Counted from the stretch's first letter, positions 7,718 to 17,131 are shown. The stretch is DNA of 40,000 nt from Mixta intestinalis (GCF_009914055.1 NZ_CP028271.1:3614402-3654401), one strand, 5' to 3'. Notes: generated by a model not told the origin, from the sequence alone. Translations and numbers: made by a program.

Positions 7718-8110
7718 TTAATTGACTGCGCCATCCGGCGCGGGTGGTGGTGATTCGCGTAACGCCTGCATTTCAAGACGCGGCGCAGCATGATCGGGGA
7801 ACTCCCACGGCAACGCCGCAGCCAGCTCGGCAAGGCGTTTAATGCCCAACATCAGGCTCACTTTGTCCTGAGAGCTGAACTGTTCGAAAGGCATGGTGAG
7901 ATGGGAGTGAGTCAGCGACGGCAGATCTTTAAACCGCTGGGCGGCTTCGTTTGCCAGCAGGATGATCGCCTTTTTCTGAGTCTCGCCCAGGCGGTTGAAA
8001 CGGCTCGCCGTGTCATTGGTGCGGGAAACTGAAATGCTCGACTGCAAGCGGGCGCGCTGCTCAAGGAACATCTGACGCCCGGATACTGGTTTTTCTTGTC
8101 CGATACTCAT
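7718..8110 (-). CDS. Hypothetical early-operon protein at the position of P2 B/orf80-83
   Basis: ORF with a plausible start at 8110 (MSIGQEKP). The longest ORF reaches 8128. No motif recognised. Confidence 0.5.
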   Translation of the reverse strand: MSIGQEKPVSGRQMFLEQRARLQSSISVSRTNDTASRFNRLGETQKKAIILLANEAAQRFKDLPSLTHSHLTMPFEQFSSQDKVSLMLGIKRLAELAAALPWEFPDHAAPRLEMQALRESPPPAPDGAVN

Positions 8111-8172
8111 AATCCTATCCCCCATCACTACCGCTTATCAGGCGCGCTACTCGGAAGTAACGCCCCGGATAA

Positions 8173-8190
8173 GCACCGGTTTCCCGGTGC
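8173..8190 (-). terminator. Hairpin downstream of the TerB/membrane pair, a weak terminator candidate
   Basis: GCACCGG / CCGGTGC 7-bp stem with a 4-nt loop. On the minus strand it is followed by TTATCC only. Confidence 0.3.
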
Positions 8191-8195
8191 CTCTC

Positions 8196-8378
8196 TTACT
8201 CGTCGCCCTGCCGCTCTTTGGCTGGCTTAATCGCAGGCCATACCAGAACAACGAGCGCCCCCACGAAGAACAGATCGCCAACTGCTGAGAGCAGATAACT
8301 GGTGAAGTCCACAGCTACCACCATGAAAGCCAGCAGCAGAACCAACGCAGGCCGCAACATGCTCAGCATCTGGCTCAT
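8196..8378 (-). CDS. Small membrane protein (60 aa)
   Basis: Two hydrophobic helices (ALVLLLAFMVVAVDF, LFFVGALVVLVWPAI). ATGA overlap with the TerB gene stop. Confidence 0.6.
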   Translation of the reverse strand: MSQMLSMLRPALVLLLAFMVVAVDFTSYLLSAVGDLFFVGALVVLVWPAIKPAKERQGDE

Positions 8379-8809
8379 CAGATGTAATCCTCAACGCGCA
8401 GACCCAGAAGACGCCCAACCTCTTCCAGCACCTTCTGCTCTTCCGGCTCGATCTCGCCGTCAGCTTCGGCAATGGTCAGCATGTTGACGAAGACCTCCTC
8501 CGCCTCTTTCGGGTCGTTTTTGATATCTTCGATTTCACGCAGGATATTCATGCGACCAATGCGAAAACCTGCCTCAAGCTGTTCAGTGAAGCGGGTGATC
8601 AGCGAGGTGATTTCGTTGCCGTAATGACTCAGGCGGGGATTAGAGCGCAGCAGCTGATCGAGCTTTGCGGTTTCCTCTTTTTCAATTTCACCATCAGCAG
8701 CAGCAACCAGCAGACAGCCACCGACAATGGCCTCCATCAGATCGCGGTTTTCAACTTTCTTTAATTCAACTTTTACAGCAGCGGTTTTTTTCTTGAACAT
8801 GCCAAACAT
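8378..8809 (-). CDS. TerB-family (tellurite-resistance TerB-like) protein
   Basis: Duplicated acidic helical motif AAADGEIEKEE ... AEADGEIEPEE, typical of the TerB fold. SD AGGGG lies upstream. Confidence 0.7.
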   Translation of the reverse strand: MFGMFKKKTAAVKVELKKVENRDLMEAIVGGCLLVAAADGEIEKEETAKLDQLLRSNPRLSHYGNEITSLITRFTEQLEAGFRIGRMNILREIEDIKNDPKEAEEVFVNMLTIAEADGEIEPEEQKVLEEVGRLLGLRVEDYI

Positions 8810-8843
8810 AATTAACCCCTTTTTTGGGTGAGTGAATGCGCCA

Positions 8844-8858
8844 TCACTTAATAAGTGA
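8844..8858. promoter_or_regulatory. Perfect palindrome TCACTTA-A-TAAGTGA upstream of the TerB gene, a candidate operator
   Basis: 7-bp arms sit in the 85-nt gap that interrupts the otherwise tightly packed early operon. Confidence 0.35.
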
Positions 8859-8894
8859 CGACAGGTAGAAAAAGTTTTATCTGTTACTTAATTA

Positions 8895-9122
8895 CTAAAG
8901 CAGCTTTCTAAATAACCCTACTAAGGCACTAAATAAACCTTTGTTTATCTTCTTCGTATAAACAAAAGGCTTACTCATACCTTTAATAAAACGCACCTTA
9001 TTCGGTTCCGGCTTAAAGAAACGCCCGTCCGGGCATTCAATCCAGCCGCGTGTATTGCGGTAATGCGTGACCTGGCAACCGTGCTTTAACAGGCTGGCAA
9101 GTGATGGGGCGTTATCGTTCAT
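8895..9122 (-). CDS. Hypothetical protein (75 aa)
   Basis: ORF in operon register. No motif recognised. Confidence 0.45.
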   Translation of the reverse strand: MNDNAPSLASLLKHGCQVTHYRNTRGWIECPDGRFFKPEPNKVRFIKGMSKPFVYTKKINKGLFSALVGLFRKLL

Positions 9123-9134
9123 ATAGTATACCTG

Positions 9135-9308
9135 CTACAGTTGTCTACGGGCCTTGCGCTCTACTTCTGCGCGGCGAGCTTTAAATTCAGCAAACGCTTT
9201 AGCTCTCTGCTGTTTTACTTTTTCGCTTCGCTGCCGGATCAGGAATTGAATTAAATACAAAACCAGCACAGCAAAAATAGAAAGGCCGATAATCATTTCA
9301 GCTTTCAT
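9135..9308 (-). CDS. Small single-pass membrane protein with a basic tail
   Basis: IIGLSIFAVLVLYLIQFLI followed by a K/R-rich helix. The ATG at 9308 has GGTGA upstream. The longest ORF starts at GTG 9317. Confidence 0.5.
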   Translation of the reverse strand: MKAEMIIGLSIFAVLVLYLIQFLIRQRSEKVKQQRAKAFAEFKARRAEVERKARRQL

Positions 9309-9501
9309 AACTTTCACCGCTCTTTAACTTATCAATGGTTTTCATTGCTTCGGCTAAAGCAAAATCACGCCCTAAATAGTTCCCATTATTTAAAACGCTA
9401 TATGCCGTTTTCATCGTAATGGCATTGCGCGGGCATTTATGAATTGTGAAGCCACGATAAATATAACTATGGCGACTTAATTGTATTAACTGGCCCGTCA
9501 T
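9298..9501 (-). CDS. Hypothetical early protein (67 aa)
   Basis: ORF directly downstream of cox. No motif recognised. Confidence 0.45.
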   Translation of the reverse strand: MTGQLIQLSRHSYIYRGFTIHKCPRNAITMKTAYSVLNNGNYLGRDFALAEAMKTIDKLKSGESYES

Positions 9502-9513
9502 ATCATCGACTCC

Positions 9514-9795
9514 TTACAAACCAATCCATAGCAGCCAGGCATCACGTTGCTCTTTCGGGCGGTTGAAATAGGCGTCGCGCATCGCGCGGTTGAATTCTGG
9601 AATGTAGATCCAGTTCTCTGAACGACCTGTCAATGCCTCTGGGTTCTTCTTCTGAACTACTGGCAGCTTGCCATCACGAACCATGTCACCCACTGCGTTG
9701 GCGGTTTTACCAATCATTTCAGCAAATTTTGGGGTAGGCACTGCATCTACCGGGTGGCGCAATTCGATGTAGCCCTCTGGGTATTTGTCTTTCAT
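9514..9795 (-). CDS. cox: Cox-like regulator/excisionase (P2 Cox family)
   Basis: FAEMIGKTANAVGDMVRDGKLPV, WIYIPEFN and the C-terminal RPKEQRDAWLLWIGL parallel P2 Cox. It is divergent from the C repressor. Confidence 0.85.
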   Translation of the reverse strand: MKDKYPEGYIELRHPVDAVPTPKFAEMIGKTANAVGDMVRDGKLPVVQKKNPEALTGRSENWIYIPEFNRAMRDAYFNRPKEQRDAWLLWIGL

Positions 9796-9836
9796 GTGTA
9801 ATAATCCTCTTCAATGTTCAGCCGCCTCTAGCTGGC

Positions 9837-9854
9837 TGTAGCCGCTTCTGGCGG
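9837..9854. repeat. 18-nt element TGTAGCCGCTTCTGGCGG, copy 1, in the cox/C switch region
   Basis: Identical to 11308-11325. It contains a short GCCGC/GCGGC hairpin. Confidence 0.8.
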
Positions 9855-9871
9855 CTGTTCATTTGGCTCAG

Positions 9872-9892
9872 GAAGTTCCACATACGAACTTC
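9872..9892. promoter_or_regulatory. Inverted repeat GAAGTTC-N7-GAACTTC in the switch region, a candidate operator
   Basis: Perfect 7-bp arms lie 32 nt upstream of the C repressor ATG. Confidence 0.35.
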
Positions 9893-9923
9893 TTGGTTGT
9901 GAATCTAGTTCGAAAACGGAACC

Positions 9924-10223
9924 ATGTCAATGACCTTTGAAGAGAAACTAAAGCTAATTCGTAGCGCCGAAGGGCTGAATCAGTCACAGCTATCTGATAT
10001 CTCAGGGATCCCATTAAGCACCCTCAAAAAGATAGAGGCCGGGTATCAAGACCCCGGCTGGAATGTTCTTAGCAAGATCACTGAACACCCCCGATTTCAG
10101 AAATACACACTTTGGCTAATGACTGGAACTACCGCACCACAGGCCGGGCAAATAGCCCCGACTCTCTCCCCTGATGGGCAAGGGAGAACAACATCACGCC
10201 AATCAAGGCCGAAGGCTGGCTAA
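9924..10223 (+). CDS. Immunity repressor, P2 C family (HTH)
   Basis: LNQSQLSDISGIPLSTLKKIE (HTH) and PRFQKYTLWLMTG...QAGQIAPTL match the P2 C tail QFTKYTLWFMT...SGQIAPAL. Confidence 0.88.
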   Translation: MSMTFEEKLKLIRSAEGLNQSQLSDISGIPLSTLKKIEAGYQDPGWNVLSKITEHPRFQKYTLWLMTGTTAPQAGQIAPTLSPDGQGRTTSRQSRPKAG

Positions 10224-10289
10224 AAATCTGGTTTTTCTTTGCGCTAGAACAATCAGCGCAAAATGACAATTGCACTGGAGGGCTTCGCT

Positions 10290-11270
10290 ATGTCGATTAA
10301 GAAGCTCGAAGGTGGTCAATACGAAGTAGACGTTTACCCGCGTGGGCGTAATGGAAAACGCATCCGCAGGCGGTTCGATAAGAAACAAGAAGCTGTACTT
10401 TTTGAGCGTTATGTATTGGTAAACGCCGACAAAAAAGAATGGCTGGGGGCAAGCGTAGATCGCCGCACTTTAAGCGAGTTATTAGAGGCTTGGTGGTTGC
10501 TGTACGGGCAGACGCTGGAAAATGGCGAAATAGAGAAACGGCACCTGAACAAAACGATCAGGGCGCTGGGAGATCCAGCCGTTAACCGTTTGAGCAAACG
10601 CACAATAGCGCAGCACCGCAGCCAGCGCCTGGATGATGGGATCAGCGCGGCAACGATAAATCGTGATATATACCGACTTTCTGGCATGTTCAGCGCACTG
10701 ATCAAACTGGAAGAATTCAGGAAGGAAAACCCCTGCAAGGGGCTGGAACCACTGAAAGAAACACCGCCAGCAATGACCTATCTCACGAAGTCAGAGATCA
10801 GCAAACTGCTGGAAACCTTATCCGGTGACGATCGGCGCGTAGCGTTGGTATGCCTTAGCACTGGCGCACGTTGGGGCGAAGGCAGTGCCCTGCGAGGTGA
10901 GCAGGTTAACCATGGGCGCGTGACGTTCCTTAAAACCAAAAATGGGAAAAAGCGAACGGTTCCAATATCGGCAGAGCTGGAGGAAGAGATCAAGACCAGT
11001 GACACCGGGCCATTGTTCAAAGTTGATTATGAAAACTTCTGCGAACAGCTCAGGCAGGTTAAACCAGACTTGCCACGCGGGCAGGCTACGCATGTGCTTC
11101 GGCACACGTTCGCGAGCTGGTTCATGATGAACGGCGGCAACATTATCGCGTTACAGCAGATTCTGGGTCATGCGAGCATACAACAAACGATGGTTTATGC
11201 TCATCTTGCCCCTGATTACCTAAAGCACGCGGTAACGTTAAACCCGCTTGGTGGAGGGTTGGCAATTTGA
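10290..11270 (+). CDS. int: Tyrosine integrase, P2 Int family
   Basis: MSIKKLEGGQYEVDVYPRGRNGKRIRRRFDKK is near-identical to the P2 Int N-terminus. Also LSTGARWGE, HVLRHTFASWF and LGHASIQQTMVYAHL (R..HxxR..Y catalytic set). The longest ORF starts at 10263. Confidence 0.93.
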   Translation: MSIKKLEGGQYEVDVYPRGRNGKRIRRRFDKKQEAVLFERYVLVNADKKEWLGASVDRRTLSELLEAWWLLYGQTLENGEIEKRHLNKTIRALGDPAVNRLSKRTIAQHRSQRLDDGISAATINRDIYRLSGMFSALIKLEEFRKENPCKGLEPLKETPPAMTYLTKSEISKLLETLSGDDRRVALVCLSTGARWGEGSALRGEQVNHGRVTFLKTKNGKKRTVPISAELEEEIKTSDTGPLFKVDYENFCEQLRQVKPDLPRGQATHVLRHTFASWFMMNGGNIIALQQILGHASIQQTMVYAHLAPDYLKHAVTLNPLGGGLAI

Positions 11271-11307
11271 CTACACGTTGACTACGCCGACAAACACTAT
11301 AACCCGT

Positions 11308-11325
11308 TGTAGCCGCTTCTGGCGG
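11308..11325. repeat. 18-nt element TGTAGCCGCTTCTGGCGG, copy 2, downstream of int in the att region
   Basis: Identical to 9837-9854. Confidence 0.8.
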
Positions 11326-11371
11326 TTACACGGTAGCTTGATTTAAAAGGGATTTTTTCTAAGTACCTGAT

Positions 11372-11398
11372 AAAAAAAACCCCCTCATCATGAGGGGG
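11372..11398 (-). terminator. cpxP rho-independent terminator
   Basis: On the minus strand, CCCCCTCAT / ATGAGGGGG hairpin (11380-11398) followed by T8 (11372-11379). Confidence 0.85.
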
Positions 11399-11442
11399 AA
11401 GACAGGGATGGTGTCTATGGCAAGGAAAACAGGGATACTATG

Positions 11443-11958
11443 TTACTGGTTACTGCCGGTACTACTCGCTTCATGCAGCAAGGGAACCCGCTGCTGATTC
11501 GTCAGCCTGCGCAACTCGTTCATACGTTGCTCATGCCGTGTTTGTAAAACAGCCTGCTGCTGCGGCGTTAGCAGGTGATACATCTGGTTGCGGATGCGGG
11601 ACATTTCGACCTGCCGCATAACCTGTTCCTGTGCTAACTTTTCTGCCTGCGCCCTGACGGCTGCTTCATTAAATTCATCTGCAATGATTAAATTATGCAG
11701 GTTTTCAATGTCATTAACGTTTACGAGCGGACGCGCATATTGCGTTTGCTGCATCAGATCTCGCATCTGCTGACGCTGCTGCTCCGAAAGCTTGATGCCA
11801 TCGAACATATGGCTTTGCAGATTTTGCGCTATGCTGCCAAACATCGCTTCGCCTGGCTGTTGCATTACGCTGACCGTTGTAACATCTGCCGCCCATGCGC
11901 TGGAGTAACTTAAAACCACCGAGGCTGAAGCTAAAACGGCGGCGGTCACTTTGCGCAT
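11443..11958 (-). CDS. cpxP: Periplasmic Cpx pathway inhibitor/chaperone CpxP
   Basis: Signal peptide ending AWA, two LTxxQ-type motifs (LSEQQRQQM, LTPQQQAVL), divergent from cpxRA. Confidence 0.9.
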   Translation of the reverse strand: MRKVTAAVLASASVVLSYSSAWAADVTTVSVMQQPGEAMFGSIAQNLQSHMFDGIKLSEQQRQQMRDLMQQTQYARPLVNVNDIENLHNLIIADEFNEAAVRAQAEKLAQEQVMRQVEMSRIRNQMYHLLTPQQQAVLQTRHEQRMNELRRLTNQQRVPLLHEASSTGSNQ

Positions 11959-12040
11959 CGTTCACTCCCACTTTCGTCTACGTCATTTGATTCAACGAGG
12001 TTCAGACTACAGGGATGGCTGCAAACTAGCGTCAGGGGGT

Positions 12041-12055
12041 GTAAAACTACGTAAA
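12041..12055. promoter_or_regulatory. CpxR-P binding box
   Basis: GTAAA-ACTAC-GTAAA is a perfect match to the GTAAA-N5-GTAAA consensus, in the cpxP-cpxR intergenic region. Confidence 0.8.
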
Positions 12056-12109
12056 GCGATGGAATGGGGTGTGCGATCACGCTATTTTGCCTGCGGAGGG
12101 CTTAAGAAA

Positions 12110-12808
12110 ATGAATAAAATCCTGTTGGTAGATGATGACCGCGAATTGACTTCGCTGCTGAAAGAACTGCTTGAAATGGAAGGGTTTGATATCGTCGTTG
12201 CCGCCGATGGCGAGCAGGCACTGAACCTGCTTGATGACACCATCGACCTGCTATTACTCGATGTTATGATGCCGAAAAAGAACGGTATCGATACGCTGAA
12301 GGAGCTACGTCAGCAATATCAAACGCCGGTTATTATGTTAACCGCACGCGGCAGCGAGCTGGACCGTGTGCTGGGCCTGGAACTGGGCGCTGATGATTAT
12401 CTGCCGAAGCCTTTTAACGATCGCGAACTCGTGGCGCGTATCCGGGCAATTTTGCGTCGTTCCAGCTGGAGCGAGCAGCAACAACTGCATGACAACAGCT
12501 CTCCTACGCTGGAGGTGGACTGCCTGCGCCTGAACCCAGGACGTCAGGAAGCCAGTTTTGATAACGTCACGCTGGATTTGACCGGCACCGAATTCACCCT
12601 GCTTTATCTGCTGGCGCAGCACCTGGGCCAGGTAGTATCACGCGAACATTTAAGTCAGGAAGTGTTGGGCAAACGCCTGACCCCGTTCGATCGCGCTATC
12701 GATATGCACATCTCTAATCTGCGCCGCAAGCTGCCGGAACGTCGCGACGGTCACCCCTGGTTTAAAACGCTGCGCGGGCGCGGATATCTGATGGTTTCCG
12801 CATCATGA
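12110..12808 (+). CDS. cpxR: Response regulator CpxR (OmpR family)
   Basis: MNKILLVDDDRELTSLL..., receiver domain plus winged-helix domain. The upstream extension of the ORF was rejected. Confidence 0.95.
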   Translation: MNKILLVDDDRELTSLLKELLEMEGFDIVVAADGEQALNLLDDTIDLLLLDVMMPKKNGIDTLKELRQQYQTPVIMLTARGSELDRVLGLELGADDYLPKPFNDRELVARIRAILRRSSWSEQQQLHDNSSPTLEVDCLRLNPGRQEASFDNVTLDLTGTEFTLLYLLAQHLGQVVSREHLSQEVLGKRLTPFDRAIDMHISNLRRKLPERRDGHPWFKTLRGRGYLMVSAS

Positions 12809-14178
12809 TAAGCAGTTTGACCACCCGCATCTTTGCCATTTTCTGGTTAACTCTGGCGCTGGTTTTGATGCTGGTATTGCTGCTTCCCAAGCTCGACTCA
12901 CGTCAGCTTACCTCACTGATGGAAAGCGAGCAGCGTCAGGGCACCATGATCGAGCAGCACGTTGAGGCAGAGCTGATGCAAGATCCGCCCAACGATCTGA
13001 TGTGGTGGCGCAGGCTATTCCGCGCTATTGATAAGTGGGCGCCACCGGGCCAACGTCTGCTGCTGGTTACCAGCGAAGGTCGAGTGATCGGCGCGCAGCA
13101 TAATGAAATGCAGATTATCCGTAACTTTATCGGGCAATCTGACAATGCCGACCATCCGCAGAAGAAGAAATATGGTCGTGTCGAACTGGTGGGACCATTT
13201 GCGGTACGCGACGGTGAGGATAATTATCAGCTCTATCTGATGCGCCCAGCCAGCAGTTCACAGCTCGATTTTATTAACCTGCTGTTTGATCGCCCGCTGC
13301 TATTGTTGATTGTTACTATGCTGATCAGTTCGCCGTTGCTGCTCTGGCTGGCATGGAGCCTGGCGAAGCCAGCCCGTAAGTTAAAACATGCGGCGGATGA
13401 GGTGGCGAGCGGTAATTTGCGCCAGCATCCCGAACTGGAAGCAGGCCCGCAGGAGTTTCTTGCCGCCGGTTCCAGCTTCAACCAGATGGTGAGCGCGCTG
13501 GAACGGATGATGTCGGCACAGCAGCGTCTGCTATCCGACATCTCACACGAGCTCCGCACGCCGCTGACGCGTCTGCAGCTGGCAACGGCGCTAATGCGCC
13601 GTCGCTACGGCGAGGGTAAGGAGTTAGGACGTATTGAACTGGAAGCGCAGCGTCTCGACGGCATGATTAATGATCTGCTGGTCCTGTCGCGCACCCAGCA
13701 TAAAAATGCACTGATCAGTGAAGCGATGAAAGCGAACCATCTCTGGAATGGCGTACTGGAGGATGCCGTTTTCGAAGCAGAACAGATGGGTAAAAAGCTG
13801 GAAGTGCCCTATCCACCTGGCCCCTGGCCGCTGTATGGCAACCCTCATGCGCTGGAAAGCGCGCTGGAAAATATTGTTCGCAACGCACTGCGCTACTCAC
13901 ATTCGCATATCTGCGTCAGTTTCTCAGTGGATAAGCAGGGCCTGACGGTGCATGTGGATGATGATGGTCCCGGCGTTAGTCCGGAAGATCGTGAACAGAT
14001 ATTCCGTCCCTTCTATCGCACCGATGAAGCACGCGACCGCGAATCCGGCGGCACAGGCCTTGGTCTTGCCATCGTGGAAACAGCGATACAGCAGCATCGG
14101 GGCTGGGTAAAAGCCGATGACAGTCCGCTTGGCGGCCTGCGTCTGACGATCTGGCTACCGCTGTACTCTGCGCGTTAA
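12805..14178 (+). CDS. cpxA: Sensor histidine kinase CpxA
   Basis: Two TM segments, HAMP, H-box [10 protein letters not shown], and N/G boxes DDDGPGV and [14 protein letters not shown] overlap with cpxR. Confidence 0.95.
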   Translation: MISSLTTRIFAIFWLTLALVLMLVLLLPKLDSRQLTSLMESEQRQGTMIEQHVEAELMQDPPNDLMWWRRLFRAIDKWAPPGQRLLLVTSEGRVIGAQHNEMQIIRNFIGQSDNADHPQKKKYGRVELVGPFAVRDGEDNYQLYLMRPASSSQLDFINLLFDRPLLLLIVTMLISSPLLLWLAWSLAKPARKLKHAADEVASGNLRQHPELEAGPQEFLAAGSSFNQMVSALERMMSAQQRLLSDISHELRTPLTRLQLATALMRRRYGEGKELGRIELEAQRLDGMINDLLVLSRTQHKNALISEAMKANHLWNGVLEDAVFEAEQMGKKLEVPYPPGPWPLYGNPHALESALENIVRNALRYSHSHICVSFSVDKQGLTVHVDDDGPGVSPEDREQIFRPFYRTDEARDRESGGTGLGLAIVETAIQQHRGWVKADDSPLGGLRLTIWLPLYSAR

Positions 14179-14213
14179 TTTGTTATGCTTCGGCCCTCGT
14201 TATCGGGGGCCTT

Positions 14214-14687
14214 ATGCTAAACATCGTCTTATTTGAACCTGAGATTCCGCCGAATACCGGCAATATCATCCGTCTGTGCGCCAATACCGGCTTCCAGCTG
14301 CATCTGATCGAGCCACTGGGTTTTGCCTGGGATGATAAACGTCTACGCCGCGCCGGGCTTGATTATCATGAATTTACCGCTATTAAGCGCCATGCTAATT
14401 TTGATGCCTTCTGCGCCAGCGAGCAGCCGGAGCGCCTGTTTGCGCTCACTACCAAAGGAACACCTGCTCACAGCGCGGTAAGCTATCAGGTTGGCGACTA
14501 TTTGCTGTTTGGCCCGGAAAGCCGTGGATTACCGGCGTCAATTCTCGATGCGCTGCCGCCGCAACAGAAGATCCGCATTCCGATGCTGGCACAAAGCCGC
14601 AGCATGAACCTCTCTAATGCCGTTTCCGTTGTGGTATATGAAGCGTGGCGTCAGCTGGAGTATGTCGGCGCCCTGCTGAAAAGCTGA
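14214..14687 (+). CDS. trmL: tRNA (cytidine/uridine-34 2'-O)-methyltransferase TrmL (YibK)
   Basis: SPOUT family: [47 protein letters not shown]. Confidence 0.9.
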   Translation: MLNIVLFEPEIPPNTGNIIRLCANTGFQLHLIEPLGFAWDDKRLRRAGLDYHEFTAIKRHANFDAFCASEQPERLFALTTKGTPAHSAVSYQVGDYLLFGPESRGLPASILDALPPQQKIRIPMLAQSRSMNLSNAVSVVVYEAWRQLEYVGALLKS

Positions 14688-14707
14688 CGCCGATAGCGTG
14701 ATACTGA

Positions 14708-15529
14708 TTAGATGCCATCACCGAACTCGAAGCCCGGCACCATGCCATTGAAGTGCTGATCCATATCCATCGAAGGTTTATCGCTGGCAGGCTTACCCAC
14801 GATACGCGCCGGGACGCCAGCGGCGGTAGTATGCGGCGGCACCGGTTGTAGCACCACTGAACCCGCGCCAATTTTTGCACCGCGTCCAACTTCGATATTG
14901 CCGAGAATTTTCGCGCCAGCGCCAATCATTACGCCTTCGCGAATCTTCGGATGGCGATCGCCGCTGGTTTTGCCGGTACCGCCCAACGTGACCGACTGCA
15001 AAATAGAAACGTCATTTTCTACTACCGCCGTCTCGCCAATTACGATGCCGGTGGCATGGTCAAGCATGATGCCATTGCCGATACGGGCCGCCGGATGGAT
15101 ATCAACAGCGAACGAGACAGAGATTTCATTTTGCAGATACACAGCCAGCGCGCGTCGCCCCTGCATCCATAGCCAGTGACCAATGCGGTAAGCCTGGAGC
15201 GCGTGAAAACCTTTCAGATAGAGCAGCGGCGTGGAATATTTATCGATGGCCGGGTCGCGCAACAATACAGCCTGAATATCACGGGCGGCGGCAGCAATCA
15301 TAGAGGGGTCCTGACGATAGGCCTCTTCCACAATCTCACGGATGGCGATAGCAGGCATGATCGCATTAGCCAGCTTATTAGCCAGCATATAGCTCAGCGC
15401 GCCCCCCAGGTTTTCATGCTTGAGCAGCGTCGCATGGAAAAAACTGGCCAGCATTGGTTCACAATCTGCAAGGGCGCGCCCTTCCGCTTTGATGTTATTC
15501 CAGACCAGACTTAACTCTTCATCCGACAT
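14708..15529 (-). CDS. cysE: Serine O-acetyltransferase CysE
   Basis: Near-collinear with E. coli CysE from MS.EEL..VWNNIKAE to GDGI, with hexapeptide repeats. The start is at 15529, not at the ORF maximum 15577. Confidence 0.95.
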   Translation of the reverse strand: MSDEELSLVWNNIKAEGRALADCEPMLASFFHATLLKHENLGGALSYMLANKLANAIMPAIAIREIVEEAYRQDPSMIAAAARDIQAVLLRDPAIDKYSTPLLYLKGFHALQAYRIGHWLWMQGRRALAVYLQNEISVSFAVDIHPAARIGNGIMLDHATGIVIGETAVVENDVSILQSVTLGGTGKTSGDRHPKIREGVMIGAGAKILGNIEVGRGAKIGAGSVVLQPVPPHTTAAGVPARIVGKPASDKPSMDMDQHFNGMVPGFEFGDGI

Positions 15530-15600
15530 TGCTCTCTCCCGATAAAAAAATAGCGTCCGGTTAACCCGGAACGCCACAGGTATGACAGCCGGGCACCGCC

Positions 15601-16620
15601 TCAGCGACTGCTGTTTTCATCCTTACGGGTACGCCCCAGCAGCGTTAATGCTGCCTCGCGCGCCGATTTTTCGCAATACAATACCTGATAAATTTGCTCG
15701 GTTATCGGCATTTCCACACCGTAGCGGGCCGCCAGCGCTTTTACCTCTTTGGTATTGCGATAGCCTTCCACCACCTGTCCAATCTGAGTTTGCGCACTTT
15801 CTACATCAACGCCCTGCCCCAGCATCATGCCGAAACGACGGTTACGTGACTGATTATCGGTACAGGTCAGCACCAGATCGCCCAGCCCCGCCATCCCCAT
15901 AAAGGTAGTGGGATCGGCACCCAGCGCGGCCCCAAGACGGCTCATCTCCGCCAGGCCACGGGTAATCAGCGCGGTACGTGCGTTAGCGCCGAAGCCGATA
16001 CCGTCAGAAATACCGGCACCGATGGCAATCACGTTTTTTACCGCTCCACCCAGCTGTACACCGATAAAGTCCGGGTTGTTATAGACGCGAAAGCTTTTGC
16101 CACAGTGCAGCAACAGCTGTAAATCGTCAGCAAACTGTGGATCGGTAGCGGCCAGTGCAATAGCAGTCGGCAGACCCGCCGCCAGCTCTTTGGCGAAAGT
16201 GGGCCCGGAAATGACCGCCAGCGGCAGCGCGTCACCGACAATTTCACGCGCCACATCCTGCAACAAACGTCCGGTTTCTCGCTCCAGACCTTTGGTTGCC
16301 CAGACGATGCGCGAATCGGGACGCAAATGCGGCTTAACCTGGGTCAGCACGTCGCCAAAAACATGGCTTGGCACTACGATCAGCAGATCGCGGCTGGCAG
16401 CAACGGCTTCCGCCAGGTCTGGCTCGGTTGAGAGGGTATCGGGAAAGGAAACATCGGGCAGGAAAGCGCTATTGCAGCGATCGGCTTCCAGCTGCGCCAG
16501 ATGCTGCGGATTATGGCCCCACAACAGCACGGAATGGCCGTTGCGAGCCAGGGTAATCGCCAATGCGGTGCCGTAAGATCCGGCACCCAGCACGGTAACT
16601 GAAGCGTTACGCTTATTCAT
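15601..16620 (-). CDS. gpsA: NAD(P)H-dependent glycerol-3-phosphate dehydrogenase GpsA
   Basis: [12 protein letters not shown]ossmann motif and full-length similarity. ATGA overlap with secB. Confidence 0.95.
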   Translation of the reverse strand: MNKRNASVTVLGAGSYGTALAITLARNGHSVLLWGHNPQHLAQLEADRCNSAFLPDVSFPDTLSTEPDLAEAVAASRDLLIVVPSHVFGDVLTQVKPHLRPDSRIVWATKGLERETGRLLQDVAREIVGDALPLAVISGPTFAKELAAGLPTAIALAATDPQFADDLQLLLHCGKSFRVYNNPDFIGVQLGGAVKNVIAIGAGISDGIGFGANARTALITRGLAEMSRLGAALGADPTTFMGMAGLGDLVLTCTDNQSRNRRFGMMLGQGVDVESAQTQIGQVVEGYRNTKEVKALAARYGVEMPITEQIYQVLYCEKSAREAALTLLGRTRKDENSSR

Positions 16621-17081
16621 CAGGCATCCTGACGAGGTTCGCCGCCTTCTTGCTGCTGCAGATAGTTCATAAACAGCGCATCGAAGTTAACCGGCGCAAG
16701 GTTAAGTTGCGGGAAGGTGCCGCGCGAAACCAGGCTGGTGATGCACTCACGGGCATACGGGAACAGAATATTCGGGCAGTAAGCACCAAGACAGTGGGCC
16801 ATCTGGGTGCCTTCGATACCGGCAATGGTAAAGATACCCGCCTGCTGTACTTCACACAGGAAAGCCGTTTCTGTACCCACGGACGCCGTTACGGTTACAC
16901 GCAGTACCACTTCGTAAACCCCATCCGCCAGCGGGCTGGAAGCGGTATCCAGATCCAGTTTAACTTCCGGCTCCCACTCTTTCTGGAAAACCTGCGGCGC
17001 GTTAGGCGCTTCAAAAGAAATATCTTTGGTATAGATACGCTGGATCTGGAATGACATCTCGCTGGTGTTCTGTTCTGACAT
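16620..17081 (-). CDS. secB: Protein-export chaperone SecB
   Basis: [19 protein letters not shown]... is near-identical to E. coli SecB. Confidence 0.95.
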   Translation of the reverse strand: MSEQNTSEMSFQIQRIYTKDISFEAPNAPQVFQKEWEPEVKLDLDTASSPLADGVYEVVLRVTVTASVGTETAFLCEVQQAGIFTIAGIEGTQMAHCLGAYCPNILFPYARECITSLVSRGTFPQLNLAPVNFDALFMNYLQQQEGGEPRQDA

Positions 17082-17131
17082 TATTATTTGGTCCTGTTAG
17101 TTAAAAAAATCCATCGTTACGCCAGTTGCCG

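Larger units (their letters stand above)
1..11330. mobile_element. One arm of a P2-like (Peduovirus-type) prophage. The other end lies outside the window, and the right boundary falls somewhere between 11271 and 11371.
   Basis: Gene order portal -> cos-like region <- cargo <- gpA <- early operon <- cox | C -> int matches the P2 map. Int, C, Cox and A all show long runs of identity to my recollection of the P2 proteins. The host cpxP terminator begins at 11372. Confidence 0.85.

Noticed and set aside
11271-11442. Possible tRNA or tmRNA attachment target next to int
   Set aside because: No cloverleaf-compatible stems, T-loop (GTTCGAATC-like) sequence or CCA-proximal acceptor pairing is visible. 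The only strong structure is the cpxP terminator.
16097-16576. 159-aa plus-strand ORF
   Set aside because: It is antisense to gpsA, with a Ser/Ala/Arg-rich shadow translation.
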